Source: an uncultured bacterium
Lineage (GTDB): Bacteria; Patescibacteriota; Patescibacteriia; Patescibacteriales; UBA12465
Length of the DNA: 64,000 nt
Reading direction: 5' to 3'
Assembly: GCA_903945435.1 (NCBI GenBank)
Contig: CAJAVM010000025.1
Span: forward strand, 705 to 64,704
Shown here: piece after piece, positions 29,706-41,026 of the stretch
Position numbering within the stretch: position 1 is the stretch's first letter
Layout of the letters: the number at the start of each line of letters is the position of its first letter
Position numbers and translations under genes: made by a program
The notes under the pieces: generated by a model
What the model saw: the letters and a program-made list of their open reading frames with translations, nothing else
What the model was told of the DNA's origin: nothing
Database searches by the model: none

Positions 29706-30626
29706 CTAAATCTTTTTTGGAAATAGAATTGAGAGAATCATAGAAGCAGCTAGCGCAAACATAATAATACCAAAAGAAATAAAGGATGAGATATGTAAAC
29801 CAAATATGCCAGAAAGCATTTTTAAGCCAATAAATATAAGAATAAACGCTAAGCCTTTCTGCAAGTGATGAAAACGATGAAGAATACTTTCAATCAAGAA
29901 AAATAAAGCTCGCAAACCCATAATCGCAAAGATATTGGAAGTAAATACAACGAACAAGTTTTGAGAAATAGAGAATACAGCCGGGATAGAATCAACAGCG
30001 AAAATAATATCGGTAAATTCAACTAAAATCATTATCAAAAATAAAGAGGTGAAATAAAATTTTCCCTTCTCGCGCACGAAGAATTTTCCGCCATGATGAT
30101 TAGGGCTAAAAGGAAGAAACTTACGTGCAAGCTTTAAAATTTTATTATTATTAAAATCAACATGTTCTTCTTTTTTCTCACTAAAGAGCTTAACGCCAGT
30201 ATATAATAAAATAACACCAAATATATATAAAACCCAATAAAACTGATGAATGATATATGCTCCAGCGCTAATAAAAATTGCTCGAAATACTATTGCCCCC
30301 ATAATACCCCAAAATAGTACTCGATGATGATACTTTTCTTCAAGTTTAAAGAAACTAAAAATTAGCATGATAACAAAAAGATTATCAACTGAAAGCATTT
30401 TCTCAGTAACGTAAGCGCTAAAAAATTCTACCGCCATCTCCCTGCTAACAAAAAGGAAAATTAAAGAACCAAAAATAAGTGAAATAATAATCCAGAATAG
30501 AGATTGATACAAGGCTGGTTTAAATTCGACTTTATGGCTCTTCCTATTAAAGTAGCCCAAATCCAGAGCCAAAAAGCCGACTACGATAACTCCGAATAAG
30601 ATAGTAAGATTAGTTTGTGCATCCAT
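29706..30626 (-). CDS. TerC/Alx family membrane protein
   Basis: EKMLSVDNLFV, DIIFAVDSIPA, TSNIFAIMGLR. Confidence 0.95.
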   Translation of the reverse strand: MDAQTNLTILFGVIVVGFLALDLGYFNRKSHKVEFKPALYQSLFWIIISLIFGSLIFLFVSREMAVEFFSAYVTEKMLSVDNLFVIMLIFSFFKLEEKYHHRVLFWGIMGAIVFRAIFISAGAYIIHQFYWVLYIFGVILLYTGVKLFSEKKEEHVDFNNNKILKLARKFLPFSPNHHGGKFFVREKGKFYFTSLFLIMILVEFTDIIFAVDSIPAVFSISQNLFVVFTSNIFAIMGLRALFFLIESILHRFHHLQKGLAFILIFIGLKMLSGIFGLHISSFISFGIIMFALAASMILSILFPKKI

Positions 30627-30641
30627 AGATATTTACTTATA

Positions 30642-32183
30642 TTAATTTGATAAATTAACTGCATCTCTATAATAGCACAAAGAAACAGGATCGCCATACA
30701 CCAAGTACCAAGAGTTGTCACTAGATAAATGTTTAATTAGATTCGCATTCTCCTGTTTATTAGCAATCATAACTAAACTAATATTATACTCTTTTAATTT
30801 TTTTGCAATTACCGCCTCCGTACTAAAGAAATCTAAATATTCTTCCAAGAAAGTCTGCCCGTTAACTTGTATCTGGGGAAAGCGGCCATCAATAAATATT
30901 TTTTTAGTTTGATAATTCCAGATTAGATATCCTCCCCACTCATAACTATTAAAAATATTACCCTCAGCGTATTGGCCATTATTTTTTAAAAAATGTACTG
31001 CATTATAGGGATAAGATAAAGAAAAAAACTGAAAGGGGTCATTAAAAGATTTAATATTATAGATTTGCAGACATATAAGGAGTCCCAAATAAATAATAAC
31101 GGAGACTTTTAACAAGTTAATAATCAAAACGTTTTTGAAGAGTCGAAGTGCGCTACCGATTTTTAGTCGAAAAAAAGAATAGGCAACTAAAATAACCATT
31201 TCAAACGAAACAACAAATAGTAATGGCAGATGACGACGAGATTTCAAGCTTAAAAATACAAACATAATTGCCAAGAACAAGGGCCAGATATTAATCTTAA
31301 AATCTTTTTTAACAATAGAGCGATAAATATAAATTGCAACCGTAGAAATAACCGTTAGAATATAAGCAAGTTCCAAATAATTTAAAGGCCAATCAAATTG
31401 AGAACGCCATTCCTCTAATAACGACATATAGGCGGTATTTCTGTAATCTGCTAAAAAAGAATAAAGTTCCAATTTATAAGGAGTAAGCAAAGTAAGTATA
31501 AAAGCAGCTAAAGAAAAGCCAAAAAACACTAAAAGCTGTTTATTAGTTAAGGAGTTAATATTTAAAAAACGTTCAAAAATTTTAATACATAACCAAGCAC
31601 CAAGAAGAAAAAGGCCAATCAAAAAACTAGCATGCAAATTTGCCCATAGATAAAACAGGGGTAACAGAAAAAATAAATAACAGTAACGCCTTGTTTTTTC
31701 ATAATAAGAAATAACAAACAATTCTATCAATAAAAAAAACGGCGTTAATTCTTGAATTCTAACGCCGCAATAACGCAAAATAGCTAATAAGCCAAAAAAT
31801 TGCAAACTAGCGATTAATATTAATTTCAAGGGCTGTGAAGAGATTTTTTTATTAACCAACAAATTTAAGCCTATAAATACCACCAGAATTAAGAGACTAA
31901 ATAAAACAACTAGAGCCTGATAACCGAATTGATGATAAACCTTAAACATGATTGCGTTAGCAAGCCATTCATGGTCAACCCAATCACCCATATAAGAAAA
32001 GTTATATAAGTTTACAGAAGGAACAGCCTGAGTAAAAATAATATCTTGGCCAATTTTTAAATGCCAGCCCAAATCTGGGTCCAATCTCGAAAATGTATTC
32101 TTTAATAAAATAACAAAGACTACAAAATAAAAAAGAAACCAAAAGACGTGAGCAAATTTTATTTTTTTTAAATTATTCAACAT
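30642..32183 (-). CDS. Multi-pass membrane protein, probable GT-C-fold glycosyltransferase-like
   Basis: DPDLGWHL, DHEWL, LWANLH, WGGYL, FIDGR; many TM segments. Confidence 0.6.
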   Translation of the reverse strand: MLNNLKKIKFAHVFWFLFYFVVFVILLKNTFSRLDPDLGWHLKIGQDIIFTQAVPSVNLYNFSYMGDWVDHEWLANAIMFKVYHQFGYQALVVLFSLLILVVFIGLNLLVNKKISSQPLKLILIASLQFFGLLAILRYCGVRIQELTPFFLLIELFVISYYEKTRRYCYLFFLLPLFYLWANLHASFLIGLFLLGAWLCIKIFERFLNINSLTNKQLLVFFGFSLAAFILTLLTPYKLELYSFLADYRNTAYMSLLEEWRSQFDWPLNYLELAYILTVISTVAIYIYRSIVKKDFKINIWPLFLAIMFVFLSLKSRRHLPLLFVVSFEMVILVAYSFFRLKIGSALRLFKNVLIINLLKVSVIIYLGLLICLQIYNIKSFNDPFQFFSLSYPYNAVHFLKNNGQYAEGNIFNSYEWGGYLIWNYQTKKIFIDGRFPQIQVNGQTFLEEYLDFFSTEAVIAKKLKEYNISLVMIANKQENANLIKHLSSDNSWYLVYGDPVSLCYYRDAVNLSN

Positions 32184-32493
32184 GTTCTAAAAAAATTTGC
32201 TTATCAAACCCTCCCCTTTCTGCTTTTCTTTTGTTTTTTAGCTCAGTAACTTCACTGGCTTCAATTGCAAATGCTTTCATGGTATAATCAAGAACCTCAA
32301 AAATATCTCCGAGCTCTTTTACGAGCTCATTACGGTTTGAAGCATTTACAGCCTCAGTAGATTCTTCAATTAACTTCTCCAACAAGGCCCACTTATAATC
32401 ATGATTATTTAAAATTCTTACTTTTGGAGTCTTCCCTGATTTAGTAATTATTTCCGGGATATTATCCCTCACCAACTTATTATAAGTTTCCAT
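32173..32493 (-). CDS. MazG-like nucleoside triphosphate pyrophosphohydrolase (COG4997 type)
   Basis: YNKLVRDNIP, KLIEE, ELGD, ERGGF. Confidence 0.88.
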   Translation of the reverse strand: METYNKLVRDNIPEIITKSGKTPKVRILNNHDYKWALLEKLIEESTEAVNASNRNELVKELGDIFEVLDYTMKAFAIEASEVTELKNKRKAERGGFDKQIFLEHVE

Positions 32494-32520
32494 AAATATT
32501 TTTAGGCTAACAATAAAAAT

Positions 32521-33318
32521 TTATTTATTCCTAATCTTTACTTTACTAAACACATATATCAAAGTAATAACAAAGGCAACGATACATAGGATAGTTGTAG
32601 CAATAATGCTCGGATAATTACCAGCAAAACCGGCCGCCGAAACATGCTTAAATAAAATTCCAGCATAAGCCCACACTAAAACTAGACCATAAGCAATATT
32701 CTTATCACTTAAAGTTCTTTTTACACCGATAGCCATTCCAACCAACAGAACAACACTAGTCCAAATATAATCAGCTATCCCGAAGCCATTCCAACCAAGG
32801 CTAACTAACAATACCGTAATATTAGCAATCGTTGCTACGGTAATCCAGCCAAAATAAACACTAAACGGAGTTAGAATCAGAAGTTTATCTTTCAATAAGA
32901 ATTTCTCTCGCTTTAAAATATCGGCAATTTTAATTAAAGAAAATAGTATGACGCCCATGATAAGGACCGAAATTGCGAGAAAATCATAGTGCCAAGCAAA
33001 AATCCACAAAGCATTAGCGATTGAACTAACGGAAAAATAAAAACCAATTTTTTTGAGCAACTCTTCGCGATTACTATTCTTATTATCTCTAGTTGGAATA
33101 AACTGATAAACAGTGTACATGCCCAATAAAAGATAAATTAGTCCCCAAATACTAAAGGTGAGGCCAGCGGGAGCAAATAAATTGAGATAGTTATCGGAAA
33201 TTTTTCCAGTAGAAATTCCATTTATCGGTAAAATGTTAGCTAAGGCATTAACCACAACCATCGCCACATAAGTCACAGCTACGAAAATTTTCACTAAAAT
33301 GTTGTTTTTTGTATTCAT
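32521..33318 (-). CDS. Tryptophan-rich membrane protein (TspO-related family)
   Basis: FAPAGLTFSIWGLIY and FSVYFGWITVATIAN. Confidence 0.75.
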   Translation of the reverse strand: MNTKNNILVKIFVAVTYVAMVVVNALANILPINGISTGKISDNYLNLFAPAGLTFSIWGLIYLLLGMYTVYQFIPTRDNKNSNREELLKKIGFYFSVSSIANALWIFAWHYDFLAISVLIMGVILFSLIKIADILKREKFLLKDKLLILTPFSVYFGWITVATIANITVLLVSLGWNGFGIADYIWTSVVLLVGMAIGVKRTLSDKNIAYGLVLVWAYAGILFKHVSAAGFAGNYPSIIATTILCIVAFVITLIYVFSKVKIRNK

Positions 33319-33346
33319 ATTTTTATTAGATTAGATTACTAATTTA

Positions 33347-36300
33347 CTAGCTATTAATCTTTTTTCTAGTCACCGGCCCAAAAATTCCTATAGCCGGATC
33401 GATTTTATTAGCTTTTTGGAACTTAATAAGCGCGACCTTAGTTGCTTGACCAAAGTACAGAGTTTCTTTTCCCTTCGAGCCTACACCTGATTTAGAAACT
33501 GTATATCCGTGAAGATTAAGATATTTTTGTAATTCTCTAACATCATTGCTATTAGACCCTAACTTTAAATTATTCTTAAACAAAAATTTATTAGTCTTGA
33601 TAACGCTAGTAGTGGTTGCTGCGGGAGATAACTGGCTTACATCATTTTTGATTAAAGATTTCACTGTAATTTCAGCACGATTGATATAGGTATTAACAAA
33701 AGAAACTAAAATATCATTTTTTTTATCTCCATCCAAATCAACTTCTCGTCCCTCTCCTTTCTTAAGACTTATGGTCTGGGGTTTAGAAGAAATTGTTAAT
33801 GTAATAATATCAGTTGCTAAATTTAAATCGGAAATAAATAAGCTGTGGCCACCATCACTCCAACTGCTAGAACTTTCTGGGGCCACAAAATTAACTCGTG
33901 AATTAATATAACCCAAGATATTAACCCCATTTGAAGTCACAGGACTAATTGAGCGCACCTCGTTCATAGGAACAGAAATATCTGAAAGGCCACTACCAAT
34001 CGCGGCCGGTAAGGATATAGGATTATTGGAGATGATATCAGGGGCAGTCTCATCATCAACTGACGAGACAGAATAACTTAACCGAGATGCATTAGTTAAC
34101 CCATTACTATTGGTGCTATCAAGATTGATTAAGCCCGCGGTGGTTGGGTGTATTAAAAAAGTTTGAGTAGTTGAAGAATTAATAAAATTTAATATTATCG
34201 GGTTAAGACCAGCGCTACCAGAACCACTAGGAGTAATGGTAATATTACCAGTATATAAATCATCAGGGGTAACGGAGAAATAATCTGAATCAATATTTTC
34301 ATTGCCCGTAGCCGGACCAGAAAAACTAAAAGTGGTAGCTAGATAAATTTCAACAGATGCTGAAGCGGATGAAGAGATATTATTAGCTGAATCTTTGGCC
34401 CAAGCATAAATCATTTTACTCCCATAACTCGTAAACGTATGCGAACTAGGAGCGCTAGTACTCCAGGCAACATCATTTATCGCAGGTGCTGTAGATGATT
34501 CAGTTAAAGCATATCCCGTAACAGCAACATTATCAGAGGCGGTAAAACTATTAATATTAACCGTCAAAGAAGAGCTTGTTGCTTGTACAGAAAAAGAACT
34601 AACGGTCGGTACAGAAACATCGTTTACGACCGTAATAGGTTTATCAAAATGTACAGCCCAATTATATAATGTATTACCATACAGAGATGGCGCATTATCT
34701 GTATCACGTAGATTACCAGCAGCGCTACCACTATTTTGAGCACCTGGCGCTGACCCCGGAGTTCCAGTATAGGCATACCGTAAACGTTGACTATAACCCG
34801 TAGGGGTTCCGGATAAAGTTATTTTCACTGTATCAGCATCCAAGATTTCAACTGAATTAATTGTTGCTGAAGAGTTGGAGTCTGAATATTCAAAACCATA
34901 ATTAGCCCTTGCGGAAACCAAAGTAGTATCAAAAGCTAATTGGCCAGCTGGAACATGGAAATTTGCATAAATAATATTATTACTACGAACGATAGAATCT
35001 GGACTCAAAGGCCGCCACTGCTCTCTATCAATAATAACTTTTTTCATAATCTTTCCATAATATTCTCCTAACCATCTATAGCTTGTATTAGTTAAATGGG
35101 CATAATCCGAATAAGTTAAGAAGTATTTTGGACCAATAAGAAATATGCTATTAGGATTATTTTCCGCAGCCGCAAGTTGAGCCCCAGGAATAACTGAAGT
35201 AGCCGCATTATATCCAGTATAAGAGACCATTTGATCTGTAAAGAGTGGGACGTTATCTACCTGACCCGTTATTGCCTTAGCATCAGTTTCATAATCATTT
35301 TGCCATTCAACTAAGTAAGATTCGTATTCGGAAGCGGTTGTTCTCGCCTGATGATCAGCTTCACCATGAATAATCATTACCCCAGAAACTCTATCAGTCT
35401 TTCCCAAAACATTAGCAGCATTATAAACATTAGATATCTGAGTTAAGCCATTACTATAAACCGTGCTACCCTTTTTTAATCCAGAATAAGCAGTGTTTCC
35501 TAAAGCATTTAAAGTAGCGACTGCTTGATAGCTATTATTTTCAGATAACGCTGTTAAATTATTCGCCGCTGAACTACGTATAGTTTCCCGATTTGCTTCT
35601 GTTAAAGGGATAAACGTTACCCCTAGACCTTCGGTCCCTTCTAAAGTTTTATTGCTGTATGGTTGAGAAGACGATAAAACAGGGGTACCACCATACCCAA
35701 CAGCTAAGCTTTGCCCTGATAATAAAATATGATTAATAAAATCAACATTGGTTACTGGGCCAATAGCTAGACTAGAAACAGCATTGCCGATAGCCGGGCT
35801 AACTGTTGCAACTGGCGTAACTTCAAATTTTAAATATTTACCTAAATCACTTGAAGTAATTTTATATCTAATACTGGTAGCCCCAACAATAGGGGTATAT
35901 AACCCCAACAAAGAATCTGAACGCAGCCATCTATAAGTAGAGATAGCTTCTGTATCTCCATTAATATCATTAAAAGCATAAACTCCTAATACAACTTCAT
36001 TAGTAGCTGGTGCCCCTAAAATATAAGTCGAAGAAATAGTAGGAACTGTTGGTGTTCCAGAAACTGGAGTAGCGGTAACAATAGCCGATACATCGCCGTT
36101 ATTATTGCTACTAACAGCCGAGACTCTAAAGTTATATGCTAAACCGGTAGTAAGGCCGGTCACGACAGCTGCAGTAGAGGTAGAAACTCCATCATTAAAA
36201 GTATTCCAATTAGATAACTCGGAAACTAATTTATATTCGATGATGTAATCTATAATTTCAGATCCATTATTAGCAGTTGCAATCCAGTTTAAATTAATTT

Positions 36301-38224
36301 CTTCATTATTAGCAGAAGCTATAAGCTCAACTGGAGCATCTGGGCCAGACATATAACCCTTAACAGTTATGAACTTATACGTCGTTGCGTTACTAGAAGC
36401 TTTACTTTGCATCCAAACTGGCTTATTAGTAAAAGTTCCATCAGCTAAGACAACCGCAGCTGTATTAGAAGCATCTAAATAAACCGCTACTCCCCCCGTT
36501 TCTTGAGCAACTAATTTAATATTAACATCCTGATTATCGCCACAAACTACGCCAGGAATAGCAACGCCTAAACCGCTTTGGTTAACGCCATTGAAATAGT
36601 AATATAACAACCAAGAACTATTATTTTTAGTAATAAAATAAGCAGTCCCATTTCCAGTAACGGCATCTATATCTCCATATCCAAATTGCATAGTACTGCC
36701 GCTAGAACAACTCGTTGAATTCATTAAAACATTAACTTCAACATCTCCTCTTCTTCTATCAAACGGAATAACGGATTCCAATCCATTGGCATCCCAAATA
36801 TCATTACCAATAATAGTTAAGTGGTTATTTTGTTGTACTCTACCAGCAGAGCCACCATTACCACCAACAGCCGAATCAATCTCTCTCCATTTATTTACAT
36901 TAATTGTAGTACCTTGAAATTCATCAAGAAAAACAAAATTACCAGGAGTAAAAGATACTACAGTTGAAGGAGAGCTCGTCCCGGCAGCATTAATAGCCGA
37001 AACTCTAACGTCATAATTTAAATCATTACTTAAATTAGTTATTCGAGTTGAAGTAGCAATAGAAGTACCGTCATTAACTATAGTCCAAACACTTGGTTCT
37101 GAAGATAATTTATATTCAATCAAATAGTCAGTCACTGCCGCCCCGCCATCACTCAGTGGACTTGTCCAAGTTAACAAAGATTGAGCATTCTCATGACTAC
37201 TAGCAGTTAAATTTTGAGGAGCCGAGGCAGTACTTAAGGCTGGTGTACCAGTTGCGATTATTGAAGACGAACTTGTACCCATACCATTTACGGCCGAAAC
37301 TCTAAAATCATAAGACTGACCATTAGCCAAACCGGAAACTACAGCGGTGGTTGTAGTAGAAGTCCCATCCGCAAAAGTAGTCCACACGCTCGGTTCTGAA
37401 CTAAGCTTATATTGAACAATATAATCTATTAAATTAGAGCCGGCACTTGTCGCCGTTGTCCAATTTAAAGTCATCTGACCTACGGCCGGAGTAGTGACTA
37501 AATTTGTTGGGGCCAATGGCACATCGCTAGACGATACTAAAATATTATCAATAGTTATACTGGGATTAACAAGATTACTTTGTTGTTGTAATATAATCGG
37601 ATTATTATTATAGGTATTTGGTGCTTGAACAGCAGTCAGAGAAGCATTTGGGGTAGCCCTCCCATTAATATAAACATCAGCGCCCCCATTCTGTTTAATA
37701 ACTAATTTAAAATGCTGAGATGCTCCGACAGTACAAGTTACTCCTGTTAGATTACTCATGGCAGACCCACTCCATAATCTAAAACTAGTTCCATAAGATA
37801 CTAAACCAATTGTAGCGCCGCCTCCAGGAGCATTGCCGCCGGTCCAAGGACTATACATAACTGCTACTGAAAGCAAAGTATCAACAGAACAGCTATTATT
37901 AATAGTCCAATCCCCCTCAATAATTAAATCGCCACTCGACCTATCAAAAGTATTAATTGACTTCAGAGCATTTTTCCCCCAAGAGCCATTTCCAGTTATA
38001 GTTACCGCACCATTTTGCTGAACATTACCAGTAGAGCCTCCACTTCCACCAGCGGAAGAGTCATATTCCACCCATTTACTAGAATTAATTGTACTACCCA
38101 AAAAATCATCGGTTAAAAGAGTAGCTGCCTTAGTTGGCTTTAACAAAATAATAAAATTTAAAATAAAAAGAAAAAAGAAAAAAGAAAATTTTCTAGTATT
38201 AAATGGCGTTTTAATTTGTTTCAT
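33347..38224 (-). CDS. Giant secreted protein: lectin-like and FN3 domains, SASA/SGNH carbohydrate esterase, shared module, peptidoglycan-binding C-terminus
   Basis: Signal peptide; three FN3 (Y.FRVSAV); GQSL, HGEAD, DYAH catalytic motifs; C-terminal DVRELQKYLN..FGQATKVALIKFQ..GIFGPVTR (PG_binding_1). Confidence 0.85.
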   Translation of the reverse strand: MKQIKTPFNTRKFSFFFFLFILNFIILLKPTKAATLLTDDFLGSTINSSKWVEYDSSAGGSGGSTGNVQQNGAVTITGNGSWGKNALKSINTFDRSSGDLIIEGDWTINNSCSVDTLLSVAVMYSPWTGGNAPGGGATIGLVSYGTSFRLWSGSAMSNLTGVTCTVGASQHFKLVIKQNGGADVYINGRATPNASLTAVQAPNTYNNNPIILQQQSNLVNPSITIDNILVSSSDVPLAPTNLVTTPAVGQMTLNWTTATSAGSNLIDYIVQYKLSSEPSVWTTFADGTSTTTTAVVSGLANGQSYDFRVSAVNGMGTSSSSIIATGTPALSTASAPQNLTASSHENAQSLLTWTSPLSDGGAAVTDYLIEYKLSSEPSVWTIVNDGTSIATSTRITNLSNDLNYDVRVSAINAAGTSSPSTVVSFTPGNFVFLDEFQGTTINVNKWREIDSAVGGNGGSAGRVQQNNHLTIIGNDIWDANGLESVIPFDRRRGDVEVNVLMNSTSCSSGSTMQFGYGDIDAVTGNGTAYFITKNNSSWLLYYYFNGVNQSGLGVAIPGVVCGDNQDVNIKLVAQETGGVAVYLDASNTAAVVLADGTFTNKPVWMQSKASSNATTYKFITVKGYMSGPDAPVELIASANNEEINLNWIATANNGSEIIDYIIEYKLVSELSNWNTFNDGVSTSTAAVVTGLTTGLAYNFRVSAVSSNNNGDVSAIVTATPVSGTPTVPTISSTYILGAPATNEVVLGVYAFNDINGDTEAISTYRWLRSDSLLGLYTPIVGATSIRYKITSSDLGKYLKFEVTPVATVSPAIGNAVSSLAIGPVTNVDFINHILLSGQSLAVGYGGTPVLSSSQPYSNKTLEGTEGLGVTFIPLTEANRETIRSSAANNLTALSENNSYQAVATLNALGNTAYSGLKKGSTVYSNGLTQISNVYNAANVLGKTDRVSGVMIIHGEADHQARTTASEYESYLVEWQNDYETDAKAITGQVDNVPLFTDQMVSYTGYNAATSVIPGAQLAAAENNPNSIFLIGPKYFLTYSDYAHLTNTSYRWLGEYYGKIMKKVIIDREQWRPLSPDSIVRSNNIIYANFHVPAGQLAFDTTLVSARANYGFEYSDSNSSATINSVEILDADTVKITLSGTPTGYSQRLRYAYTGTPGSAPGAQNSGSAAGNLRDTDNAPSLYGNTLYNWAVHFDKPITVVNDVSVPTVSSFSVQATSSSLTVNINSFTASDNVAVTGYALTESSTAPAINDVAWSTSAPSSHTFTSYGSKMIYAWAKDSANNISSSASASVEIYLATTFSFSGPATGNENIDSDYFSVTPDDLYTGNITITPSGSGSAGLNPIILNFINSSTTQTFLIHPTTAGLINLDSTNSNGLTNASRLSYSVSSVDDETAPDIISNNPISLPAAIGSGLSDISVPMNEVRSISPVTSNGVNILGYINSRVNFVAPESSSSWSDGGHSLFISDLNLATDIITLTISSKPQTISLKKGEGREVDLDGDKKNDILVSFVNTYINRAEITVKSLIKNDVSQLSPAATTTSVIKTNKFLFKNNLKLGSNSNDVRELQKYLNLHGYTVSKSGVGSKGKETLYFGQATKVALIKFQKANKIDPAIGIFGPVTRKKINS

Positions 38225-38249
38225 AAAAATATCAGTATCTAATAAACTT

Positions 38250-39176
38250 TTAAATATTGCTCATTAAATATTTTAAAATTTGTTTTCTTAATAATAATTT
38301 ATTATTCTTAGCAATTCCCGTTTTTTCAAAAGATAAGCCATCTAATTTAGATAGTAAATTTTGCGTATTTTCATCAATTGTTAAAAAAATATTATACCCG
38401 TTTTTTATATCAGCCGCCGTTAAGAAAATATAGACTAAATTATTTTTTTCTTTAATTTTTTGTAAAATACTAGCTATCTCGCTAAATTTATTACTTATAA
38501 TTATATCCAAATCGAAACCTTCAAGCTGAGCAATACCCAGACCATCATTAAAAATTTTAAAATCACTATTAATAACTTCTTCTAAATTATTCTCTATATA
38601 TTCGGTCTTATACCTGAACATATCATCTATCAAATCATCGGGAATAGAAAGCCCGTAATCATTACTCAATGATTGTACCGCCACTCTATCTCTTGGGCTA
38701 ACTAAATCTGATTTAAAATTAAGAGTATTTGAAAAAATAGCTCCCAAAAGTAAATACAAACTATTTTTATCAATTGAAAAATTAAGAAGTTTTAACTTTT
38801 CAAAAATTAAAGTAGCAGCAGCGCCGATAATTTCTATTTGAATTTTCGCTTGAGGGAAAATTTCTGTTGCTTGGTGTATTTCGCGATGGTCAATAACCTC
38901 AATAACGTCTTGCGACCTAATTACCTCGGGCATCCCCTTTATATCGCTCGCATCAACAATAATAAACTTATCAAACAAGGTTGTAGGATTAAGAATAAAG
39001 CCTTCTTTAATACTAAATTTTTCTAATAAGAATCTAGCCTCGATTTGAGGTGTTCCATAAATACCAGCAGTATAATGATTCTCTTTATCAATAATATTTA
39101 ATAACTGCGCATAAGCATACGCGCAAGCAAAACCATCTAAATCAGGATTAATTTTAGGAGTAATTAATATTTCCAT
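38250..39176 (-). CDS. Mn-dependent inorganic pyrophosphatase-like (DHH family)
   Basis: NPDLD, IIVD, VIDHR, SDFKIF, LLRKQI; several canonical PpaC residues are substituted. Confidence 0.8.
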   Translation of the reverse strand: MEILITPKINPDLDGFACAYAYAQLLNIIDKENHYTAGIYGTPQIEARFLLEKFSIKEGFILNPTTLFDKFIIVDASDIKGMPEVIRSQDVIEVIDHREIHQATEIFPQAKIQIEIIGAAATLIFEKLKLLNFSIDKNSLYLLLGAIFSNTLNFKSDLVSPRDRVAVQSLSNDYGLSIPDDLIDDMFRYKTEYIENNLEEVINSDFKIFNDGLGIAQLEGFDLDIIISNKFSEIASILQKIKEKNNLVYIFLTAADIKNGYNIFLTIDENTQNLLSKLDGLSFEKTGIAKNNKLLLRKQILKYLMSNI

Positions 39177-39183
39177 AAATATT

Positions 39184-40053
39184 TTAATTAAGAGGAACGG
39201 TATTACTCTTATCGAATTGGATTGGATAGTCTTTTCTCAATAATTCTATATCCTCATTTTCCATTATCCAATCAACTGCTCCTAAATTTTCCTCTAGATG
39301 TTTCAAGCTACTTGTTTTTGTTAAAGTAATAACGTTTTTTTGTGAAATAAGCCAATTGAGGGCAATTTGTCCCGGAGTTTTATGATATTTTTTACCTAAT
39401 TCATCAACAATAGTTATTCCCTTTTTTGCCAAACTTCCATATTGAACCGGTCGCCAAGCTTCAATAAAAATATCATTATTTTGGCAATATTCAATCACCC
39501 CTCTTAATTCAGGTTCTCTAAATATTAAATTATAATGAACCTGATTTAACACAATTTTATTTTTTGTTTTACTCTGTGCTTCTCTTAATCTCTCAACATT
39601 AAAATTACAAACTCCGATATTTTTAATCAGGCCCTTTTCTTTCAAATCATCAAAAGCTCTCATTGTTTCTGTAATATCAATTTCAGGATTCGGCATATGA
39701 ATTAAGTATAAATCTAAATAATCCATTTGTAAGCGTGCTAAACTTTTTTTACAAGCAAATATTACATCATCGTATTTCAAATTTGTTGGGCTAACCTTGG
39801 AAGTAACAAATAATTTTTCTCTTTCGTATCCCTTTAAGGCTTTTCCGAGAACTTCCTCGCTATACCCGTCAGCATACATCTCCGCGGTATCAAAACGGTA
39901 TCCACCAAGTTCAATTGTTTTTTGAATAACTTCAAGGTCGCGACTATCGTCATAATTATTTTCTTTTTCCATACGTCCACCCATCAACCAAGTACCAAAA
40001 CCCAAAACCGATATTTCAAACCCGTTGTTCAATTTTTTTGTAGGGATATTCAT
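39184..40053 (-). CDS. Aldo/keto reductase
   Basis: GFGTW, DTAEMY, DLYLIH, IGVCNF. Confidence 0.93.
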   Translation of the reverse strand: MNIPTKKLNNGFEISVLGFGTWLMGGRMEKENNYDDSRDLEVIQKTIELGGYRFDTAEMYADGYSEEVLGKALKGYEREKLFVTSKVSPTNLKYDDVIFACKKSLARLQMDYLDLYLIHMPNPEIDITETMRAFDDLKEKGLIKNIGVCNFNVERLREAQSKTKNKIVLNQVHYNLIFREPELRGVIEYCQNNDIFIEAWRPVQYGSLAKKGITIVDELGKKYHKTPGQIALNWLISQKNVITLTKTSSLKHLEENLGAVDWIMENEDIELLRKDYPIQFDKSNTVPLN

Positions 40054-40057
40054 AATT

Positions 40058-40729
40058 TTATAATAGTAATGATTTTATCAACTCAATCAAAACTGGCCTC
40101 GCCGCATTATTAAAACCGTGATTACCATCAATTGAAATTAATTTTATTTGAGAATTGAGTTCTTCTAAATCAACCCGAGGCAATAATTCATCCTGATTAG
40201 CTTCAATCGCTATAATTTCAATTTTTTTAGCAAACGCATTATATTCAGTAAATGGTTTTACAGCTAAACGCTCTTGCCAATACTCCTTTGGGATAATTCT
40301 AGTTAATCCATCAGAGGATGGAATAGATGATATCCCGTCCAGGTTTATCAAAGCACCAGACTTAGCTTGATAACGCGCTAAAGTACGTTCAAGGCTCATA
40401 TCAAACACTGGAGCAAGCAGAATGGCTTTTCGTACACCATCAGGCCTAGCCATAGCTGCTACGATCGTCCCCTGAGAATGACAAACTAAATCAATGACCG
40501 CTGTTGGATTATTTGTTCTAATATCACGGATAATTTGATTTAATTTATCAACTTGAGAACTAAGCGTAACAATAAATATTTTCTTTTCATTCTCATCTAC
40601 TGCAAAATAATCAAACAGCACTGAGTCTACTTGAGGAAGCGCGGCGACAATATCGGTAAAAAGACCATGGTCGTCTTTTCTGACTCCAAAACCATGAGAA
40701 TAGATTATAATGTGTTGTTTATTTGGCAT
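40058..40729 (-). CDS. Alpha/beta hydrolase
   Basis: HGFG, CHSQG nucleophile elbow, late Asp and His. Confidence 0.8.
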   Translation of the reverse strand: MPNKQHIIIYSHGFGVRKDDHGLFTDIVAALPQVDSVLFDYFAVDENEKKIFIVTLSSQVDKLNQIIRDIRTNNPTAVIDLVCHSQGTIVAAMARPDGVRKAILLAPVFDMSLERTLARYQAKSGALINLDGISSIPSSDGLTRIIPKEYWQERLAVKPFTEYNAFAKKIEIIAIEANQDELLPRVDLEELNSQIKLISIDGNHGFNNAARPVLIELIKSLLL

Positions 40730-40744
40730 AATAAATTATATCTA

Positions 40745-40786
40745 TTATATAACAAAAATAGCATAAAAAGTGCTATTTTGTAAATC
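40745..40786. repeat. 42-bp palindromic promoter element, copy 1
   Basis: 41/42 identical to 59530-59571. Confidence 0.9.
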
Positions 40787-40888
40787 AAAAATAATCTAAA
40801 ATATATTAACCCTACAATTGACAAATGTGACATAATCTTATATTATATCTAGTTAATAATAACTGAACATTAAAAATTGGAGGTAAAA

Positions 40889-41023
40889 ATGTGTGTATTT
40901 TGTGAAATAAACCAAAATCTTCTGCTAAAAGAAACTCAATACAGCAGACTAATAGTTAATTATTTTCCCTTTTCAGGAACAGCTATTGATAAGTATCAAA
41001 AACTATTTCTAAAAACAATCTGA
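40889..41023 (+). pseudogene. 44-codon ORF resembling the N-terminus of a HIT-family protein
   Basis: MCVFCEINQNLLLKETQYSRLIVNYFPFSG...; TTGACA-17-TATTAT promoter (40818-40846), GGAGGT SD; no HxHxH motif. Confidence 0.6.
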
Positions 41024-41026
41024 TTT

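Noticed and set aside
30627..30641. yybP-ykoY riboswitch before TerC/Alx
   Set aside because: Intergenic gap is only 15 nt
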